The translations under genes and the position numbers were made by a program. Below are positions 39,960 through 49,427 of a stretch of 64,000 bases of DNA, in pieces. Numbering within the stretch: the first letter of the stretch is position 1; each line of letters opens with the position of its first letter. Source of the stretch: Armatimonadota bacterium (GTDB taxonomy: Bacteria; Sysuimicrobiota; Sysuimicrobiia; Sysuimicrobiales; Humicultoraceae); the NCBI GenBank assembly GCA_037443365.1, contig JBBIOM010000001.1, forward strand, positions 91,485-155,484. Reading direction: 5' to 3'. Below the pieces are notes generated by a model. It did no database searches, was not told the origin of the DNA, and saw only the letters and a list, made by a program, of their open reading frames with translations.

Positions 39960-40975
39960 TGGGAGGAGCAGACCACGCGCCGGGCCGTGCGACCGGGCTC
40001 CCGGTGCCGGTGCTCGACTTCCACGCGCACTTCCCCGTGGGGCCGGCCTCCCCCAAAGCCGATCCCGTGCGGAGCGAGTACGTGAGGCGCCACGGCGAGG
40101 CCAGGTGGGCCATCGTCCAGGGGTGGCTCGATGCCGACCAGGCCGCCTGGCGCGCGGCCTGGGGGTTCGCGGAGCCCGAGCCTCCGGGGGACGACGCCGA
40201 GATGGCGGCGCGGTGGGCAGAGGAAGTGGACCGGCACGGATTGGCGCGCGTGGTATTCGTTACAGGGGGAGGGAACGACCGGCTGGCCTCGATCGTGGGG
40301 ATGCGTCCGGATCGCTTTGTCGGCTTCGCGCACCACGATCCCTTTGCGCCCGGGGCGGCCGCCGAGCTGGCTCGGGCGATAGTGGACCTGGGGCTGCGCG
40401 GGTACAAGATCCTCGCCCCGCTCCACGCGCAGCGCCTTGACGACGAGCGCCTCGCACCGCTGTGGGAAACGGCGGAGCGCCTGGGGATCCCGGTGCTGGT
40501 GCACTTCGGCCCGCTGCGGCATCGGGGCATCGTGGCGGGCCCCAACATCAGCCCTCTCGTGCTCCAGGACGTGGCGCGGGGGTTCCCGGGCATCCCCTTT
40601 GTCGTCCCGCACCTGGGATGCGGCTACCCGCGCGAGTTACTTCACCTGATGTGGGCCTGCGGCAACGTGCTTGTGGACACGTCCGGCAGCAACGAGTGGA
40701 TGCGGTGGATGCCCTACGATGTCAGCCTCGCCTCACTCCTTCGCCGGTTCCTGGACACGGTGGGCGCGGGGCGCATCATCTTCGGCTCGGACTCATCGTG
40801 GTTCCCGCGGGGATTCGCGCGCCAGTACCTCGACCTGCAGTTCGAGACGTGCCGCGCGCTCGGGCTATCGGACGATGACCTGCGCCTGGTCTTCTACGGA
40901 AACGCGGCCCGCCTGCTGGGCGTTGAGCCGCGCGACCGGTGCGGCCAGGAAGGAAGCAAAGCGGCCTCCGGCTAA
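39959..40975 (+). CDS. amidohydrolase-2 (TIM-barrel metal-dependent hydrolase) family protein
   Basis: ORF trimmed to ATG 39959, which shares one nt with the permease stop. It contains VLDFHAHF, and later IPVLVHFG and FGSDSSWFP. Confidence 0.65.
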   Translation: MGGADHAPGRATGLPVPVLDFHAHFPVGPASPKADPVRSEYVRRHGEARWAIVQGWLDADQAAWRAAWGFAEPEPPGDDAEMAARWAEEVDRHGLARVVFVTGGGNDRLASIVGMRPDRFVGFAHHDPFAPGAAAELARAIVDLGLRGYKILAPLHAQRLDDERLAPLWETAERLGIPVLVHFGPLRHRGIVAGPNISPLVLQDVARGFPGIPFVVPHLGCGYPRELLHLMWACGNVLVDTSGSNEWMRWMPYDVSLASLLRRFLDTVGAGRIIFGSDSSWFPRGFARQYLDLQFETCRALGLSDDDLRLVFYGNAARLLGVEPRDRCGQEGSKAASG

Positions 40976-41035
40976 CCCTGCGATAGCGAAGCCGCCACGT
41001 CACAGCGCTGCCGGACGGCGACAAGGAGGCACGCC

Positions 41036-41512
41036 ATGCGGTCACGGCTGGAGTTCGGTCGGGCCTTCGAGACCCTGAGGGCATCCAAGAACCTCTCGCG
41101 CGAGGAGGTCGCCACGCTGGCCGGGATCTCGCACTCGTACCTGGCCGAGATCGAGCGCGGGCTGAAGCGCCCGTCCACGGACATCGTCGCCAAGATCGCA
41201 CGGGCCTTCGGCATGAAGGGCAGTTCCCTTCTCCAGTACGTGGAGGAGCTGTCCGCCCCGCTGCCCGAGGAGCAGCCGCCCGACAGGGCCGTGCAACTCC
41301 CGCTGAAGCGCGGGCGTCCCATGGTGCTGTTCTCCAACGACCAGGCGGGCGAGGCCGGGGCCCGGCGCAGGAGCCGCGCCGCCAGGGCAGCCCCTGCTGA
41401 CCAGGGAGACCTGGCGCTGTACGAGCTGCTGGTGATAGCCCGGCGGCTCCCTGAGGGCGATCGCGCGGCGCTGCTGCGTCTGGCCAGGCACCTCCTCCAC
41501 CGCAAGGCGTAA
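41036..41512 (+). CDS. XRE family helix-turn-helix transcriptional regulator
   Basis: 158-aa ORF with the HTH LSREEVATLAGISHSYLAEIERGLKRPSTDIVAKIARAF. Confidence 0.8.
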   Translation: MRSRLEFGRAFETLRASKNLSREEVATLAGISHSYLAEIERGLKRPSTDIVAKIARAFGMKGSSLLQYVEELSAPLPEEQPPDRAVQLPLKRGRPMVLFSNDQAGEAGARRRSRAARAAPADQGDLALYELLVIARRLPEGDRAALLRLARHLLHRKA

Positions 41513-41526
41513 GGAGCCATCGGCGC

Positions 41527-42474
41527 ATGGGATCGCCGGACGGGACCAGGCATCCCGAGGTCCTCGTCGCCGGGGGAATCTACTGCGATCTGGTATTCTC
41601 CGGACTGGCCGGGATGCCGGCCCTGGGCGAGGAGACGCGCACGCGGCAGTTCACCATGACCGTGGGCGGAGGCGCGTTCATTACCGCATCCGGCCTGGCG
41701 CGCCTGCGCGTGCATACGGGCCTGCTCGCCTACGTGGGCAAAGACCTGCTGGGACGCTTTCAACTCCAGAACCTGCGCCGGGCCGGCGTGGACACCTCGC
41801 GCGTCGTGCGGCACCCCGAGCTGGGCGCCGGCCTATCCGTGGCCTTCTCCACCGCCTCTGACCGCGGCTTCCTCACGTACCCGGGATGCGCGGCCAGCAC
41901 AGGCGATCTGCTCGACGCCTGGCCTAGCGGGGGCGATCCTCCGGTAAGGCACGTGCACTTCGCGGGCATGCCGCCTCCGTTTGCCGCCCGGCTGCCGCTG
42001 CTGGAGCGACTCCGGTCCGCGGGAACGACCACTTCGCTGGACATCGGGTGGAACCCGGCGCAGTACGACTCGCCCGGGTTCCGCGAGGTCGCACGGCGCG
42101 TGACGATCTTCATGCCCTCCTGGCGCGACGCCGCCTGGTTCACCGGATGCGATGATCCTGGAGCCGCCCTGGAGGCGCTGGCCGAGTTCGTGGAGGTGCC
42201 GGTAGTCAAGCTGGGGCCCGAGGGCGCAATCGCGATGCGCGACGGGCGTGCGTTCCGCGCCAGCCCACCCCCGGTCACCGCGGTGGAGACCACCGGAGCG
42301 GGCGACGCGTTCGACGCGGGCTTCCTGTGGGCGTTCCTGCGCGGTGAGCCCATCGCCCGGTGTCTTTCGGCGGGGTGCGTGTGCGGGGCGCTCTCGACGC
42401 GCGCGCCGGGCGGGACCGCGGCGTTTCCCTCCCTGCGAGAGCTGCGCGCGGCAATGGCAGGAGGCGCGGCTTGA
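41527..42474 (+). CDS. PfkB family carbohydrate kinase
   Basis: 315-aa ORF with the C-terminal PfkB signature VETTGAGDAFDAGFL. Confidence 0.8.
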   Translation: MGSPDGTRHPEVLVAGGIYCDLVFSGLAGMPALGEETRTRQFTMTVGGGAFITASGLARLRVHTGLLAYVGKDLLGRFQLQNLRRAGVDTSRVVRHPELGAGLSVAFSTASDRGFLTYPGCAASTGDLLDAWPSGGDPPVRHVHFAGMPPPFAARLPLLERLRSAGTTTSLDIGWNPAQYDSPGFREVARRVTIFMPSWRDAAWFTGCDDPGAALEALAEFVEVPVVKLGPEGAIAMRDGRAFRASPPPVTAVETTGAGDAFDAGFLWAFLRGEPIARCLSAGCVCGALSTRAPGGTAAFPSLRELRAAMAGGAA

Positions 42475-43817
42475 CGCTGACCGTCATCGGCGGAGGGGGC
42501 ATGCGCACCCCGCTTCTGATCGGCGGGCTCATTGAGCGCCGGGAGCGTCTCTCTGTGGAGAGGGTGATCCTCCAGGACGTCGATGCGGAGGCGCTGGACT
42601 TGGTGCGGACGGTCGCAGGCGCGATGCTCGAGCGGGCCGGGTGGCCATTCGAGTTAGTGACGACCACCTCCGTGGAAGAGGCGCTCGATTCGCCCTCCTG
42701 GATCATAACCAGCATCCGGGTAGGCGGCCTGGCAGGCCGCGCCATTGACGAACGCGTGCCGCTGGCGTGGGGCGTCGTAGGGCAGGAGACGACCGGCCCA
42801 GGGGGATGGGCCATGGCGCTGCGCACGATCCCTGTTCTGCTCGAGATTGCCGCACGGGTCCGCGACCGCCAGCCGTCGGCGTGGATCGTCAACTTCACGA
42901 ACCCGGCCGGGTTGATAACGCAGGCCCTCACCGACCAGGGGCACCTCGCCATCGGCATCTGCGACAGCCCGCCTGCCCTGGGAGATCGGATTGCGGCGGC
43001 GCTGGGCGTGCCGCCGGCCGGATTGCGGCTGGACTACCTGGGGCTCAACCATCTGGGCTGGGTGCGCGGCGTGCACCTGGGCGGCGTGGATCGGCTGCCC
43101 GAGATCCTCGCCAGCGACGAGCTGATCCGGGCCGTCTACGGAAGGCCGCTGTTCGATCCCGCGGAGATACGGCGCCTGGGGCTGCTGCCCAACGAGTACC
43201 TGCGCTACTACTACCACCACGAGGAGATGGTCAGGCGTCTGCGCGAGTCGGCCCGTACGCGCGCCGAGGCGATCAGCGCTCTGGCCGAGGAACTGCGCGA
43301 ATCGGTCAAGCAGGCCGTCCAGCGTGGTCAGGATCCCCTGCCCTGCTACATGGCAGCCATCCTGGCGCGGCGGTCATCGTACATGGCAGTAGAGACCGGC
43401 CAGAACCGCGACCTCGGCCTGATGGGCGGGCGCGTGGAAGGCGGCTACGCCCGCGCCGCGCTGACCGTCATCGAGGCGATGTGCCGGCCGACACCCGGCG
43501 AACTGATCGTCAACACGCGCAATCAGGGGGCCATCCCCGACCTCGCGCCAGGCGACGTGGTGGAGGTGCCGTGTCGCTTCGGCGCCTCGGGGCCCGAGCC
43601 CCTGGGCATGGGCCCGTTGCCCGAGGCGGCGCGCGATCTGGTGCTGCGCGTGAAGGCCTACGAGCGTGCGGCCGCAGAAGCCGCGGTGGCGCGTTCGTGG
43701 CGAGCAGCGGTGGCCGCCCTGGCGATGCACCCGCTGATCCCTTCGCTTGAGGTCGCCTCGCGGATCGCGGACGAGTACAGGCGGCAGCACTCGCCTCACC
43801 TGGACTACCTCCACTAG
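42471..43817 (+). CDS. glycoside hydrolase family 4 (6-phospho-glucosidase-like)
   Basis: ORF trimmed to TTG 42471, which overlaps the kinase stop. It has the NAD-binding N-terminus LTVIGGGGMRTP, and the motifs VGQETTGPGG, NFTNPAG and ICDSP. Confidence 0.75.
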   Translation: MTLTVIGGGGMRTPLLIGGLIERRERLSVERVILQDVDAEALDLVRTVAGAMLERAGWPFELVTTTSVEEALDSPSWIITSIRVGGLAGRAIDERVPLAWGVVGQETTGPGGWAMALRTIPVLLEIAARVRDRQPSAWIVNFTNPAGLITQALTDQGHLAIGICDSPPALGDRIAAALGVPPAGLRLDYLGLNHLGWVRGVHLGGVDRLPEILASDELIRAVYGRPLFDPAEIRRLGLLPNEYLRYYYHHEEMVRRLRESARTRAEAISALAEELRESVKQAVQRGQDPLPCYMAAILARRSSYMAVETGQNRDLGLMGGRVEGGYARAALTVIEAMCRPTPGELIVNTRNQGAIPDLAPGDVVEVPCRFGASGPEPLGMGPLPEAARDLVLRVKAYERAAAEAAVARSWRAAVAALAMHPLIPSLEVASRIADEYRRQHSPHLDYLH

Positions 43818-43875
43818 CGGCCGCTCCCGGCCGCCTCTGAAGGGATTTCTTCAAATCGCGCCGAAATCACCTATC

Positions 43876-44778
43876 ATGCAGAAATCGCTGCGTGCCCGGC
43901 CGTTCCCTGAGGCGATCGAGGCGGCCTACACGCGCCTCTCCCCTAGCCAGCGACGCCTGGCCGAGTACCTGCTGGCAGGATACGATGAGGCGGCGTTTCT
44001 TGCCTCAACCGAGCTTGCGCGGCGCGTTCGGACCAGCGACTCCACGGTCGTCAGATTCGCCCGCGCCCTGGGCTACCAGGGCTATCCTGCCATGCGCGCG
44101 GCCCTGGCCGACCTTGTGCGTGCCGGCAGAGCGACGCACAGCGGACGCATGGCCTCCGCCCTGCGCCGCCTGAGCACGGAGGCCTCCCCGCTGGCGCGGC
44201 TCCTGGACCAGGATCTGGCCGCACTCGGCGAACTGCGCCGCACGCTGCCGCCCTCGCTGATCGCGCAGGTCGCAGGGCGCCTGCGCGCGGCCCGCACGGT
44301 GTACGTGATCGGCCTGGGCATATCGCGGTCGCTGGCGCACTTCGTGGCCTTCCGGCTGCGCCGCACCGGAATCCGCGTAGAGACGATCACGCACGGCGGG
44401 AGCGAGGCGTGGGAGGTGCTGTTCGGCATCTCACGCCGGGATGTGATGCTCGCCGTGGGGTTCTTCCGGGGCTACCAGGACATAGTGCGGGCGCTGCGCT
44501 ACGCCCAGAGCAAGGGGGTGCACACAGTCGTCTTCACCGACACCCCTGATTCGCCGCTGGCCGCGCACGCGGCGCGCCTCGTGGTGGCCCGGCGTGGGGA
44601 TCTGGCTGTTGTCAACTCGCTCGTTGTTCCCATGGCGGTGCTCAATCTCCTGACGGTGGCGGTGGCCCTGCAGTCGCCCCGCACCGCCGTGGGCAGACTC
44701 CGGGCATGGGACCGCCTGAGGTCGGTTTTCGAGGATTCCCCCGAACCGGCGCGCGATGGCCGCGGCGGGAACGAGTAG
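43876..44778 (+). CDS. MurR/RpiR family transcriptional regulator (HTH + SIS)
   Basis: ORF trimmed to MQKSLRARPF at ATG 43876. It has the RpiR HTH (LSPSQRRLAEYLL...STELARRVRTSDSTVVRFARALGYQGY) and a SIS domain. Confidence 0.8.
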   Translation: MQKSLRARPFPEAIEAAYTRLSPSQRRLAEYLLAGYDEAAFLASTELARRVRTSDSTVVRFARALGYQGYPAMRAALADLVRAGRATHSGRMASALRRLSTEASPLARLLDQDLAALGELRRTLPPSLIAQVAGRLRAARTVYVIGLGISRSLAHFVAFRLRRTGIRVETITHGGSEAWEVLFGISRRDVMLAVGFFRGYQDIVRALRYAQSKGVHTVVFTDTPDSPLAAHAARLVVARRGDLAVVNSLVVPMAVLNLLTVAVALQSPRTAVGRLRAWDRLRSVFEDSPEPARDGRGGNE

Positions 44779-44809
44779 CGAGAGCACGATGCCGATGGAG
44801 GTGAGCCGG

Positions 44810-45805
44810 ATGCGCAAGTGGAGTATGGTGACGATCGCCCTGCTGATCGCAAGCGTGGGGGCGGCGGTGGCCCCGCCCGCGGGCGCCCAACCTGCCTCGG
44901 GCACCATCGTCCTCTACACGTCGGTTCCCCAGGAGCTGGCGACCGAGTTCGCCGGCGCGTTCATGCGCAGGCAGCCCCAGATCAAACTCGAGGTGCTGCG
45001 GTCGGGCAGCACCGAGATCGAGAAGCGGATATTCGCCGAGCTCGAGACCGGAGGCATCCGGGCCGACCTGCTGTGGCTGGCCGACGCGCCGATCTTCATC
45101 ACCCTGCGCGATCGGGGGCTGCTGCTGCCCTACCGGTCCCCTGACGCGCGAAACGTGCCCGCGGCGTTTCGCGATCCAGGCAACCACTTCATCGCCGGGC
45201 GCCTGATAAACATGATAATCGCAACCAACACCACGCTGATCCCGGTACGCGCCGCACCCAAGTCGTGGTCCGACTTCCCCAAGTACGGCAAGACCGCATC
45301 CATGCCGAATCCGCTCTTCTCCGGCTCGGTCTTCGTGACCGTGGCCACCTTCGTGCAGAAGTACGGCTGGGCCTGGTTTGAGCGCGCGCGCAAGGAGAAC
45401 ATCCAGGTGCTGCGCGGGAACACCGAGGTGGCGCGCGCGCTGGCCGCGCGCGAGTTCGGGGTGGGCATGACCCTGGACTTCATGGTCTACGGCCTGATCC
45501 AGGACGGCGCGCCGCTTGCCATCATCTGGCCCGAGGAAGGCGCGGTCTCCGTTCCCAGCCCGGTCGCTATAGTGAAGACCAGCAAGAACCCCGAGGCCGC
45601 GCGACGCTTCGTGGACTTCGTCATCAGCGTGGAGGGGCAGAAGTTCCTGGCCTCCCAGGGCGTTGTGCCGGTGCGCGAGGACGTGGATCCCCCCAAGGGC
45701 CAGCCGCGCGCCTCGGAGATCAAGACGCTGCCGATCCCGTTCGAGTGGGCGGCGAAGAACGCCGCCGACATCCGCACGCGGTTCGAGCAGATCATGATGC
45801 GCTAG
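44810..45805 (+). CDS. ABC transporter substrate-binding protein, Fe3+/AfuA-type
   Basis: ORF trimmed to MRKWSMVTIALLIASVGAAVA, with GGAGGTGA 6 nt upstream. The mature part, GTIVLYTSVPQE..., is typical of FbpA/AfuA-like solute-binding proteins. Confidence 0.75.
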   Translation: MRKWSMVTIALLIASVGAAVAPPAGAQPASGTIVLYTSVPQELATEFAGAFMRRQPQIKLEVLRSGSTEIEKRIFAELETGGIRADLLWLADAPIFITLRDRGLLLPYRSPDARNVPAAFRDPGNHFIAGRLINMIIATNTTLIPVRAAPKSWSDFPKYGKTASMPNPLFSGSVFVTVATFVQKYGWAWFERARKENIQVLRGNTEVARALAAREFGVGMTLDFMVYGLIQDGAPLAIIWPEEGAVSVPSPVAIVKTSKNPEAARRFVDFVISVEGQKFLASQGVVPVREDVDPPKGQPRASEIKTLPIPFEWAAKNAADIRTRFEQIMMR

Positions 45806-45811
45806 CCCGAG

Positions 45812-47524
45812 GTGCCGCGGATGCCGACAGAGGCCCCGCCCGTCCGCCCATCCCGCGGCCGGGCGCCGGGGAACGGGCTGGACATGCGCGTGCCGCTGCT
45901 GGCCGTGGTGGCGGTGGCGGTGGCGTTCATCGTGGTCTGGCCCGTAGCGCAGGTGGTCTACCGCAGCCTCATCGTGGATGGCGGACTGGGGCTGCAGCAC
46001 TACCACAGGGCCATAGTCCAGCCCGGCAATCTCCGAGCCCTGTCCAACACCATCTGGGTAGGCGTGGCCTCCGCGCTCGGAGCGATGATCGCGGGCGCCG
46101 TGCTGGCCTTCCTGGTGATGCGCACCGACATACCGGGCAAGGCCGCCCTGCGCACCCTGCTCGTCATGCCCTACGCGGTGCCGCCCTTCTTCGGGGCGAT
46201 CGCATGGGCCCAACTGCTCGGACCGCAGGGCTACATCACGCGCCCGCTCCTCGCCCTGCTGGGCCTGGAGCAGGCCCCCTTCTCGATTTACAGCGGCTGG
46301 GGGATCGTCTTCGTGATGGCGATCCACGACTTCCCGCTCGTCTTCTTGACGGTCAGCGGAGCGCTCGAGCGGATGGACGCCAGCCTGGAGGAGTCCGCGC
46401 GCACGGCCGGCGCCGGCAGCCTGCGCGTGATGCGCGACGTCACGATTCCGCTGGTACTCCCGGCGCTGCTGGCCGGGGGATTGCTGGCCTTCATCTCCTC
46501 GATCGCCAATTTCGGGATTCCTGCGCTGCTGGGGCTCCGTGCCCGGTTCTATGTCCTCACGACAAGCATCTACGCCTCGCTGAACGTCCCCGACTTCCCG
46601 CTTGCCACGGCCAAGTCGGTGCTGCTCGCGGGGGTCGGCGCCGCGGCGCTGGTGCTCCAGTGGCGGCTCCAGCGCGGGGGACAGCGTTACACTGTCATCG
46701 CCGGCAAGTCCATCCACCCGCAGATTATCCGCCTGGGGTCGCTCCGCCGCCCGGCGTTCGCCCTGGCGGTCGCGTTCGCCGTGGTGATCTCGATCCTCCC
46801 ACTCCTCTCCCTGCTGCTGACCTCCTTCCTGAGATACTACGGCGCGCCCCTGGCCGCGGCGAGCCTGACGCTGAAGCACTACGCGTACGTCGCGAACCAG
46901 GAGATGATTCGCCGTGCGCTCGCAAACAGCGCGCTGCTGGGCATATCCGCCGCCACGATAACCATGGTACTGGGAACGTTCGTGGCCTACGCCCGGATAC
47001 GCGCCAGGCTGCGGGGAGCCGCGGTCCTCGACACGCTGGGCATGCTCCCCTACGGCATCCCCCACACCGTCATCGCCATAGCGATGATCCTGGCCTGGGC
47101 CCGCCCCCCGCTGGCGCTCTACGGCACGCTCTGGATCATTCTGCTCGCGTACGTCATGGCCTACATGCCCCTTGCCCTGCGTACGACCTCCGCGACGTTG
47201 CAGCAGGTGCACGAGTCGCTGGAGGAGGCCGCCCGCGCGTCGGGTGCGGGGCCGCTCAGAGCCATGCGCGACATAATCGTCCCGCTCGTGCGCCCAGGAA
47301 TGGTGGCCGGCTGGATCCTGGTCTTCATGCCGGCGTTCCGCGAACTGACAATGTCAATACTGCTGTTCGGGCTTCGAACCGAGACGATAGGCGTGATCAT
47401 CTTCAACATGCAGGATTCGGGGTACACGCAGATTGCGGCCGCGCTCTCGGTCCTCGTGATGCTGCTGATACTGGGCAGCAACTTGATCGTTCGGCGGGCC
47501 ACAAGGGGCCAGGTGGGGTTCTAG
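45812..47524 (+). CDS. ABC transporter permease, duplicated (FbpB/AfuB-type)
   Basis: 570-aa ORF with two permease halves, each with an EAA-like loop (EESARTAGAGSLRVMRDVTIP and EEAARASGAGPLRAMRDIIVP). Confidence 0.85.
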   Translation: MPRMPTEAPPVRPSRGRAPGNGLDMRVPLLAVVAVAVAFIVVWPVAQVVYRSLIVDGGLGLQHYHRAIVQPGNLRALSNTIWVGVASALGAMIAGAVLAFLVMRTDIPGKAALRTLLVMPYAVPPFFGAIAWAQLLGPQGYITRPLLALLGLEQAPFSIYSGWGIVFVMAIHDFPLVFLTVSGALERMDASLEESARTAGAGSLRVMRDVTIPLVLPALLAGGLLAFISSIANFGIPALLGLRARFYVLTTSIYASLNVPDFPLATAKSVLLAGVGAAALVLQWRLQRGGQRYTVIAGKSIHPQIIRLGSLRRPAFALAVAFAVVISILPLLSLLLTSFLRYYGAPLAAASLTLKHYAYVANQEMIRRALANSALLGISAATITMVLGTFVAYARIRARLRGAAVLDTLGMLPYGIPHTVIAIAMILAWARPPLALYGTLWIILLAYVMAYMPLALRTTSATLQQVHESLEEAARASGAGPLRAMRDIIVPLVRPGMVAGWILVFMPAFRELTMSILLFGLRTETIGVIIFNMQDSGYTQIAAALSVLVMLLILGSNLIVRRATRGQVGF

Positions 47525-47562
47525 CGCGCGGGGCTCGGCCGGAGCCCGCTCGGGGGGTTGCC

Positions 47563-48612
47563 ATGGACGCAGTAGCAGTCTCGGATCTCTGGAAGACCTT
47601 CGACGGGGTCGTCGCCGTGCGGGCGGTGTCCTTCTCGATTGGACCAGAGGAGTTCTTCACGCTGCTGGGCCCCAGCGGGTGCGGAAAGACCACGACGCTG
47701 CGCTGCGTGGCCGGCCTGGAGATCCCCACGCGCGGCCAGATCAGGATCGGGGGGCGGGTCGTCAGCCATCCTGAGGCCGGGCAGTTCGTCCCACCGGAAG
47801 GCCGCCGCCTGGGAATGGTGTTCCAGAACTACGCGGTCTGGCCGCACATGAGCGTGTTCGACAACGTGGCCTATCCACTGCGCGTGGCCGGCGAGCCGAG
47901 GAAGGCGATCACCGCGCGGGTGGCCGAGGTGCTCGACCTGGTGGAGTTGGAGGGCCTGGGCGGGCGCTTCCCGCACCAGCTCTCCGGAGGCCAGCAGCAG
48001 CGCGTCGCGCTGGGACGCGCGCTGGCCGGCCGCCCAGAGATCCTGCTGCTCGATGAGCCGCTGTCGAATCTCGACGCCAAGCTGCGGGAGCAGATGCGCT
48101 TCGAGCTCAAGGAGCTTCAGCGCCGCATGCGCATCCCGGTCCTGTACGTCACCCACGATCAGGCCGAGGCGATGGCCCTGTCGGACCGCCTGGCCGTCAT
48201 GGCGGAGGGGCAGATCGCGCAAATGGGCAGGCCGGCTGAGATCTACAGGAACCCGGCGACGCGGTTCGTGGCAGACTTCATCGGGCAGATGAACTTCCTT
48301 CCGGCGCAGATCATCGCCGCGGAGCCGGGCACCGCCCGCGTCATCGTTGATGGCTACGAGTGCCGTGCCGAGAATCCCTCCGGCATCCTCGGCCAGGCGG
48401 CAATGGCGGTGCGCCCCGAGGACATGACCCTGGGAGACGAGGGACTGCCCGGCCGGATCGGGGTCCGGAACTTCCTGGGCAACCTGGTGGAGTACAAGGT
48501 CGAGTTGGAGGGAGGGCTGACAGTACGCGTGCAGGCGCCGCCCGGGGAGTTCCACGAGGAAGGTGCGCCTGTCCGGGTCGGCATCCGCCGGGCACTGCTC
48601 TTCGAGTCATGA
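47563..48612 (+). CDS. ABC transporter ATP-binding protein
   Basis: This is the C-terminal 349 codons of track ORF 45745..48612, starting at MDAVAVSDLWKTF. It has Walker A GPSGCGKTT, signature LSGGQQQR, and Walker B LLLDEP. Confidence 0.9.
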   Translation: MDAVAVSDLWKTFDGVVAVRAVSFSIGPEEFFTLLGPSGCGKTTTLRCVAGLEIPTRGQIRIGGRVVSHPEAGQFVPPEGRRLGMVFQNYAVWPHMSVFDNVAYPLRVAGEPRKAITARVAEVLDLVELEGLGGRFPHQLSGGQQQRVALGRALAGRPEILLLDEPLSNLDAKLREQMRFELKELQRRMRIPVLYVTHDQAEAMALSDRLAVMAEGQIAQMGRPAEIYRNPATRFVADFIGQMNFLPAQIIAAEPGTARVIVDGYECRAENPSGILGQAAMAVRPEDMTLGDEGLPGRIGVRNFLGNLVEYKVELEGGLTVRVQAPPGEFHEEGAPVRVGIRRALLFES

Positions 48613-49403
48613 AGATAGCGGCGTCCACGGCGACGACACGCGAGCTGCCCCTGCTTGAGGCCGTGGGCCTCGTGCGCGACCTGGGATATGCGGCCCTGGA
48701 GGTATGGGCCGAACACATCCGGGATCAGGGCTTCTCCCCTGCTCGCCTCAGGAGCGAAGCCGAGGCCCGCGGCCTGGCCGTGACGCTGCACGGGCCTTCG
48801 CACGACCTCAACATCACGTCCACCAACCCCGGCGTCCGGCTGGAGTCCCAGCGGCAGTACCTGGCCTCTCTGGAGACCGCCGCCAAGATGGCTGCCGGGA
48901 TCGTGGTCATGCACCCCGGCGCGCGCTCCTCGAGCGGCGACGATCCTGCCGACTTCTGGGCCCCGATGGAGGACTTCTTCGGTCTTGCGGCCGCCAGGGC
49001 CGCACAACTGGGGCTCTGCGTGGGAGTCGAGAACATGGAGCGCCGGGCGCTGGAGTTGGTTACGGATCTCGATCTGGCGGCACGCCTCGTGCGCCGGGTG
49101 GGCGCACCGTCACTTGGGCTGACGCTGGACCTGGCGCACCTGCTCTACAACGGCAGCCCGGCTGCCCTCGACGGGCTGGAGCAGCACATCTATCACGTCC
49201 ACGTCTCCGGATCTACCCACGAGAGGGCCCACGTCCCCCTTGCCCAGGGTATCTTCGATCCACGGCCGGCGCTGGAGAGCCTGCGCCGGTTCTACGGCGG
49301 CATCGTGGCCATCGAAGGCTTCGTGCGCGCCCGTGCGCGCGAGGTGCTGGCCGAGAACCTCGATATCATGACGGCGTGGCTGGGCCGGACGCCGTCCGCC
49401 TAG
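48609..49403 (+). CDS. sugar phosphate isomerase/epimerase (xylose isomerase-like TIM barrel)
   Basis: ATG 48609 overlaps the ATPase stop (ATGA). MKIAAST...ALEVW...VMHPG...GVENM...HVHVS matches the AP-endonuclease-2/xylose-isomerase-like fold pattern. Confidence 0.7.
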   Translation: MKIAASTATTRELPLLEAVGLVRDLGYAALEVWAEHIRDQGFSPARLRSEAEARGLAVTLHGPSHDLNITSTNPGVRLESQRQYLASLETAAKMAAGIVVMHPGARSSSGDDPADFWAPMEDFFGLAAARAAQLGLCVGVENMERRALELVTDLDLAARLVRRVGAPSLGLTLDLAHLLYNGSPAALDGLEQHIYHVHVSGSTHERAHVPLAQGIFDPRPALESLRRFYGGIVAIEGFVRARAREVLAENLDIMTAWLGRTPSA

Positions 49404-49427
49404 TCCGGCGCCGCTTCTCCCACCCAA

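Noticed and set aside
43817-43875. Small inverted repeat TGAAG-GGATTT-CTTCA upstream of the RpiR gene as a possible operator
   Set aside because: It has only 5-bp arms. It is too short to distinguish from chance without comparative data.
44642-47212. 856-aa minus-strand ORF
   Set aside because: It is antisense to the Fe-type binding-protein and permease genes, which have clear ABC signatures. Its composition is low-complexity and Arg/Gly/His-rich.
45745-47562. N-terminal 606 codons of the 955-aa plus-strand ORF
   Set aside because: This part is an alternate frame of the permease gene with an Arg/Gly/Pro-rich sequence. Only the last 349 codons, from ATG 47563, encode the ABC ATPase.
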